A stretch of 64,000 bases of DNA from positions 930,001-994,000 of the forward strand of contig JADEYG010000012.1 of assembly GCA_016906335.1 (NCBI GenBank), written 5' to 3'. This document shows positions 56,775 to 64,000 of the stretch, in pieces (the stretch's first letter is position 1; the number at the start of each line of letters is the position of its first letter). Under the pieces are notes generated by a model. The model saw only the letters and a program-made list of their open reading frames with translations, had not been told where the DNA came from and did not search any database. The position numbers and the translations under genes were made by a program. Source of the stretch: Novakomyces olei (Eukaryota).

Positions 56775-59700
56775 TCACGCAAACCCGAACCCCTCGGAGC
56801 CTTCAGATACAGCGACCAAAAGAGCGGAACGCAGTTGCTCGTACGACTCGTACTCTGGAAGGTCGACCTGGTTGACACACGTGTGCGACTGCGGCAGCCG
56901 CTTGTTTGACGACGGGTCGCGGTGCAGTGAAAACTTTTGTATACCAGACATGCCTTCCAGCTCGGCAAATCCGCCCAAAGGCATCTTTGCTGTACCTGTA
57001 GAAAACTGGAGCAGCTTGGCACGTTCTTCCTTATCAAAAGACCTGACTGCGCGCCAGAACCACTGAATCTGGGGAGAGGAGGATGTGTAGTTGATATAAT
57101 CCGTATTGTTTCGCCAATCATCGATATCAATGTCCGGCAGTCCAGAGATCATTAGCTCCAGCTCCTGCTCGTCAAAGATTGTCACTAGATCCTTGGGAAT
57201 TACATCGTAAAAGCCCAGCAAAAACGAATCAATCTGCTCTTTTACACTGGCCTGCAGCCTGTACTCGACCATGAGCCGCACGTAGTCGTGCTTGTTCTCC
57301 TCGGTAACGGGAACGCTTCTGCCGCCCGGAATCAAGTCGATAATCTGCTGCTGTCCAAACACATCTGTGTCTATACAGAATGACTCTGTAATGACGTCAG
57401 TGATATCGTTCCCAAGCATCCAAACAAGGGAATTGTAGTATTCCAGGTCCAGAGTCTCCACGTCCTTGAGCGACACTTTTTTGCCCAGCATTTGCTTGTA
57501 AACTGCCCTACTGAAGTGCGCGTCCAGCATTCGTCCATCAAAGATAGCCTTGCCGATAATCCGGCCGACAAACTTGAAGTAGGACAAATGATCTGGATTG
57601 ATAGACGACATCCTATTCGGATGGAAGGTTGTACGATCCGATGCAACTGGAGAAAATAGAGCATAATCGGGATTGAACATTTGCCGGGCGAGAACACCGT
57701 ACCATTCGCGAGAAAGACCTCCCGCATCAACGCCCTCTTCTCCAGAAAAATGTATGTTGAACCGACTGTACTTGAACTCGTCACCTGCCTTAAAGTACAG
57801 ACTTCTGTACGAGTCCAAAAACACCTGGTCACGTCGAATACGGACATTTATGGGCGGGTAATGGCGTCTCTGCTTCTTTTCATGCAGCCTTCGATCGAAA
57901 TAGTTACGCTTGTTGTCGAAATCAAGGACCTTGGGGTTTCGTACAAGCAGGGAAAAGGAGCCGCTCATTAGCGAAGGATTGTTGCGTACCATTGTATTGA
58001 GTATCTCCCGGTGCCTGTCCGTAAATGCGAAAAAGGCTTCCTCGATCGTACTCGGAACAGCATCGTGGCTTGAATCTCGATCGCGGCCTTGATCACGATC
58101 ACGATCACGATCACGGTCCCGGTCACCAGCTGGCCGCACCATTTCCGAGGGAGAAGAGCCCTCACAGATGACCATGAGCGACTCGATTAGAGGCAAAAGA
58201 GCACTGCAAAAATCAACAACTTCCACAGACGTTTTGCCCTCTTCGTTGCCCTGCATTATAGACAGACAATGGCTCAATTTATACCACAGGGGCATGAAAT
58301 GAAGAGATTCATAGATGCTGGCCAAGGCCGGCCCGTGCGCTCCGCCACAGACTACATGGGCCTTTTTGCCAAAGATATAGTCCATGGCTTTAAGCACCCG
58401 GAGCAGTCGCGTCTGTACGGACCCGGAGACAGTAAACTGACAGAGCCTGCTTTCGCGGGAGAAAACGGCTGATCTGTCTGTAATAATTTCCTGATTCAAG
58501 TCGACCAGGTCCTCCGTCAGAGTGGCAATAAAGCCGTTGGCCCTTGTAACTAGCTCGTTGCAAATAACGTCACGGCCATTCGGCAGTGCACCAATGTTGA
58601 GCATTGTCGCTAGAGCGCTTTGGAAGGCTTTGCTTGAACAGTCGTCAGCGGTGAGAATATTGACAACTAGTCTCATGTTTTCCTCTGGTATCTGAGGCGC
58701 TTTTAGAGCACGGTGCTTTTTTGAGTCTGTGTTTGTTGTGGTTGAAGCGTCAGGCTCAGCAGCCTGAGCCTGAGCAGACTGACCATCATCATGATTTATA
58801 GGTGATTGGCTGTCCGGAAGACCGCTTGATCCTCGGGTTTCATTATCCACTTTATCACCATTGCCGTGCCTATTATGCTTGATCAAATTCAACAACGGCC
58901 GTGTGACTACTTGGAGCACTTGAGCAAACTTTTCCATGATTGCCGCGTTCTCAATAATAAGAGGCTGGCTCAAAAGCTGAAGCAGAGTATTCACCGGATA
59001 GCCTGACGTCTTTTGCGGATCCTCGCCCCTTTTGTTGGCAGTCCGCCTCAGATCAGAAAGCATCTCGTGTTCGCCCAAAAAGTATGAGGGCAGATGCTCT
59101 GTCCACACGACCAAATGATCAAGGGCATCGATACACTGTTGAACCGTTACTAAAGCCGCATTTTCCCCCACCGACTGAGCCAGGTTCAACTGACCCTGTA
59201 GGGGGACTGCACTCTTTTTCCTGGCTGCGTGCAGTGCAAAACTGACACGGCCTCTAGAGGCCAGTTGAGTGAAGAGCCGTTCCATTCCATGCACGTCTAC
59301 TGTTCCCTCCTGAATAACGAGCAACAGCAGATTAACAATCTCTGCCCGATTGACCCTGTTGCCACACAGGTTCAGCAGAATATCGTAAAGTGCATTGCGG
59401 CCATTGGCTGGCTGAGGCAGGAAAAAGAGTCGGATTAGCGTTGCTACTCCGGAACGGTCAATCAGCTGAACTGAGGATTTGCGTTTCGCTTTGGCTGAAG
59501 AGGCAGATTGCTGTGGCTGAGCAGTGCTCCCTGAGCCATTGATTCTTTCCCTGTTGCCCTCAGTATTGCTTCCACTGCCACTGGCGCCTGCTTCGTGAGC
59601 GTCATTAGAAAAGTGGCGATGCCTTTCCGATGAATACGACACCATACCAAAGGGGGAGTCTTCGTAATCGATATCGAGACCCTCGTTTTCCTCATCAAAG

Positions 59701-60070
59701 GCATCTCCTGAGCACCGACGTTGACGCGTGCTAGAGGCAGTGGTATCTTCGCCTGCTCTGGCCTGAGACCTTTGCTGCTGAGACCGTTCTCGCCTCCTTC
59801 GTTCTACTGCCTCCTGCATAAGCAGCTCTTCACGGATATCCTGCGGCAGAGCATTTAAAAACTCTCTACTAATCTCTGACTCTTCCGCCGTCTGCTCATG
59901 CGACCGGCGCTCTTGTATATGCTGAGCCAAGACTTCTTCCCTCATATCCTCCGGCAGAGCTTCCAAAAAGTCTCTGTCTACTCCTAAATCTGTGATATCT
60001 ACTTCACTGCTCCTTAACCGAATCGTCACCCTTTCACGATTGGGGGCAGTTGCAGCTGTTCCTGCTTCAG

Positions 60071-60101
<31 letters not shown>

Positions 60102-63100
60102 AGGAGCATTTACTTCTGCAGAAGCCGAATTAATGGCATTTCCATTTCTGCTATCAGCCTCTTGCTGCTGAGCCTCTCGCTGCTGAGCTTCACGCTCTTG
60201 CGCTAGTCTTTGCGCTTCTTCCTCTTTTTGCTTGGTTTCTTCCTCCTCCTTAGCCCTGCGCTCTTCCTCCTCCTTCCGACGCGTCTCCTCTGCCAACTTG
60301 CGCGCCTTCTCTCGTTCTTGTGCCTCCTCTGCCCGCCTCGCTTCCTCCTCTTTCACAGCCGGTGGAATCAAAAGCTCAAGCAATAGCGGGATAATGTTTT
60401 CTGCCACCTCCTTGTACCGTACACCAAACAGCATCTTGGCTTCATCTTCCCACCTGTACATTGACGTATAGGGAACCAGGTATCTGTAAGACAGCGATGA
60501 ATCTGCCTGCAGGGAGGAGGCAGACTGTCGGCCGTCCACATTGCGACTAAACAGCTGATTGATTTCGTGAGAGACAAAGTCACCGGGTCCACCAGACACT
60601 TCAACCCTAATCGAAGGTCCGTTATTATTATTACTAGTATTGCCATTGCCGTTGCCGTTGCTATTGCCGTTGCTATTGCCACCTCGAATTTGGCGTACAC
60701 GCCGCATGACATCACCGAGCAGTTGAATGGCTCCACCGCCAATCAGTTCTTCCATAGACTCGATCCAATCAGAGAAGCCTTCTCCACGGCCTCTTCTACG
60801 GCCACGGGCAGCGGAAGCAGAAGCCGAGCCAGAAGGGTCAGTGCCTGCCCGAGCAGGCCGGTGGAGCGAAGAAGCTGAGGAATCTTGCAACAGAGGATGG
60901 TGCTCGGCATTGAAGTTTGTCGCATCTTCATTCAGGTTAAACCCGTGCCTTGTTATACCCCCTAAACGGCCGAGGACTCGAGTTGAGCGGGGCAAGGAAG
61001 CAAAAGCTCCATGTCCACCTTCGTTATCTCCATCCTCCTCCTCGTCATCGTCCTCATCCTCATCATCAATATCAATATTACCACCGCCTGCACCAAGTCT
61101 GGATCCTCTCACCCAACCTGATCGGCCAGCCACCATATCATCGTCATCATGGAACCGTAATATTTCGCTTCCATCTGTTATTTCTTCAAGCACATCGTCA
61201 TCGTCCTCGGAAGACCACGCAGTGTCCGCCATATCATCAATAAACTCGCCGTCTTCAACAGCAGGATGATCTCTTTCTGCTCCAAGTCGAGAACTCCATC
61301 GATCAAAACCAGAGTCCCTATAGGTATCTGACCTTCGCAAGGCATGCCGCTCCTCACGATCCTCACTTTGAGAGGCCTCTGAGGCAGTCTCTGTCTGCCA
61401 GGCAGACTCTTCGCCCTCATCGCTATTGTGTCCAAGGCTCATATCTATACTCTCCGGCATCAGATCATCGTCATCGGCGTCTATTTCGGACCCACCACTA
61501 AACTCTTCGTCGATATCAATATCGCTGTCATCGTCATCATCTTCATCGTCGTCATCTTCATCGTCATCATTTTCACCATTGTCATCGTCATCATCATCGT
61601 TTGTTTCATCGTTGAGCATAACCTCAATTTGCATATTCTCCCCGTCCGACAAATGCCCATGTTCGCCCATAGAGTCTTCACTGATTGCGCTTGCACTGTC
61701 ATCAGCCTCATCGTTGTCATAATCCAGTTCTTCGTCGTAGGATTCCGACACGTCCTCGCTCCCAGAATACTCAGATTCATCTTCTATTCCTCCGTGCAAC
61801 ATGCCAAGCGCAGAGTTCCTGTACAAGTCAGGTGTATCCTCCCGCTCATTCTCATCAACATCCTCGTCAGAAGACGAGGAGGCAGTCGAAATCTCGTACT
61901 GGTCGTCTGCATCCACAGAGTCTAAAATAGAAGACATATTGAGCGAATCCGAGAACTGTGCTGCCTGCATTGTCAAGACTTTGAGTGGACGCAGGAGTTG
62001 GCGAATGACTTTTCGCGAAGACGGGTAGTTGAGATCAATATCGGAAATAACACTGGTCAGCAACGAAACAAAATTCTTTTCAATCATCAGCTTGGCCATT
62101 TGATCAGAGTGTCGGTTTAACACAGACTGGTCAATGCCGTCTGCAAAACCGGTGGCAGATACCAGACGGTGAATAAGCTCTGAAAGCACTAGAATCCGAG
62201 AGTATCGGATCTCAGTTGGGTCAGATGATGAGGAAGCGTCTCTCAGCGATTTGGCAATTGCTTCAATCAAAAACTTTCGAACAAGCTGAAGAAGTCCGGT
62301 ATCGGAATTTTCAAATGATGTGGGGACAGACAGGCAAACTAGTGCCGTCATCGCCAGCTCAGACACAGACAAAAGCATTGCAACTTTAGACGCTTTATCG
62401 ACACTCTGGACCAATGTGCCGAACGGTAGTAAATCATTCAAAAAGTAATTTAGCACCGTTGAACGCGGCTTGACAGGCGTGCCTAAATCCACAGTACGGA
62501 AAAGACCTTTTCTTGAATAATTGATAACCTCCAATTTTGTGGCATCATAGTTCGAGACCAGCTCTGCAATGCAATAGACTAAGAAGCACCGGTAAACGTA
62601 TTTCGGATGGTCTTTTGTATTTGCAGGTTTGGATTCATTCTTTTTGGACTGCTCAGTGCCTTCTTTGTTCTCTGTATCCTTCTTTTCTGTCGTTGCCACT
62701 GTCGCGCTATCCTCCAAATTCAATCCTATATCCGCACACGGGTTCTCGTCTTTTTGCGCCATTAGCTCCGACAAGATGACGTGAATAACTTCTTTTGCCG
62801 GCCCATAGCTGGAATTATTTAACCATTGCTGCTGGATAATAGGGCCATCTTCCGAAATGCTGGTTTGATCCTTTGCTTCTGCTGAATCCGGGGTTTTAAG
62901 GGCTATTCGCTGCTCTCTAAAATTTTCGTCGTACCGATAGATTTTACACAAATCATTTGCAGCCTCAACAAACAGTTCAGGATTCCGAATTACGTAGCCG
63001 CTATTGCCTCGGAAAAATGATCCAACAAAGATGTTGCGAGCTCGGCTTTGACCTTTGAACCATGCACGTATTCCATTACAGATGATCTCTCGCTGAATCT

Positions 63101-64000
63101 CCGTTGTCTCTATGAGATGACGCAGGATTGATATGGCGGGTAATTGGAGAGAGTTTCCATACTTTCCGCCCTCTGTTGACATAATGGAAAGTAAGTCGCG
63201 GATTTTACCTTCTTTGATCATTAAATCAGCAAACTCACGGCTCTTTGTTTGACGAAGGAGGAGCAGGAAAAGACCAATCAAAATATTCTCGTCCGAAGGC
63301 TTACGCGACAGTATCTCGAGCGAAGCCTCAAAGATTCTTTGCTTGACGTCTTGAGGTACGATGAATCGATTGGTCGAATCTGCAACAGTTCCATCGCGTT
63401 TAAGAGTCAGTTTTGGCCGCCGGTCATTGGCCGCCAGTAAAGATTCAAATATCAACAGACAGTGAGGAGCCACCTGATCAAAACGTGCAAACAAGATGTT
63501 GAGGAAAAGGTCAAGTGAGGTAAGAGCGCTTTCCAGAAGCTGTTCCTGCAAGTCTGAATCGTGCACTAGTATCGCAATCAAATGAGCGCAGCCAGACAAT
63601 GAATTATCAATCACATCACTCCTGGCCTCCTCAGACTGTTCCTTGATCTTTCCTACGAAATAATCAAAGACAGTCTTTAGCCATTTAGTATCAGTGTCGT
63701 TCATATAGAAAGCTTTAACAAACTCTGCCGCCTCAAACGCTATTTCAGAATAGTTTTGCAATATGTCATAAACATGCTGATACTGTGACTTGAGCTCATT
63801 ACGCACCCTTGTTAGTTTTTCCACATCTGCGTCCTCAGAGGCCTCTGTATCCCAATCTTTGTCGATGCGCATATACTCGGTTTTATCGTCTACAGCTCCA
63901 GGACTGTAAGATAAAATTTCCGGATGATAATATAAAAACTCTCGAGCGATTGGGCCAATGTTCAAACTGTGTCTAAACGCATGTTCAGCCACATTTCGCG
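56775..64000 (-). CDS. TOM1: HECT E3 ubiquitin ligase Tom1/Ptr1/HUWE1, 3' part; start lies beyond the window
   Basis: Long acidic region, UBM-like DFLEALPEDMREEV, HECT domain (LDFDNKR, GEEGVDAGG, LPQSHTC) ending EGSEGFGFA. Confidence 0.98.

Overview
Gene-dense, intron-containing fungal (ascomycete) genomic DNA. Rps6 closely resembles the fission-yeast protein as I recall it, and its promoter carries Homol E/Homol D boxes, so the source is probably a Taphrinomycotina/fission-yeast-like lineage (inference). About 27 protein genes are supported: GPI7 (partial), RPC19, GPI12, RIM1, an FMO, a TauD-type dioxygenase, a Ste3/Map3 pheromone receptor, an FGGY kinase, SRP21, RNR2, a HAM1/DUF4449-like protein, a Phx1/Pah1-type homeobox factor, a DNF3-like flippase, BUD13, TFG1, HGH1, LSC2, LNP1, RPS6, NCS6, an Sfl1-like HSF factor, TOM1 (partial), two orphans and the accessory genes below. 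Most notable: (1) a ~5 kb island between the HSF gene and TOM1, holding an alpha/beta-hydrolase and a hemerythrin gene between two diverged ~360-395 bp direct repeats. The repeat appears to be the 3' end of a decayed PTH11-like membrane-protein gene and also folds into a long hairpin kept in both copies. (2) Two apparently domesticated transposase derivatives: a pogo/CENP-B protein with all three catalytic aspartates replaced, and a BED-finger/hAT N-terminal protein with no catalytic core. (3) Regulatory and splicing signals: TTAGGG teloboxes, a triple forkhead site, repeats in the Ste3 promoter and frequent AAG intron acceptors. No tRNA, rRNA or CRISPR was found. All family assignments come from motif recognition by eye, not database searches.
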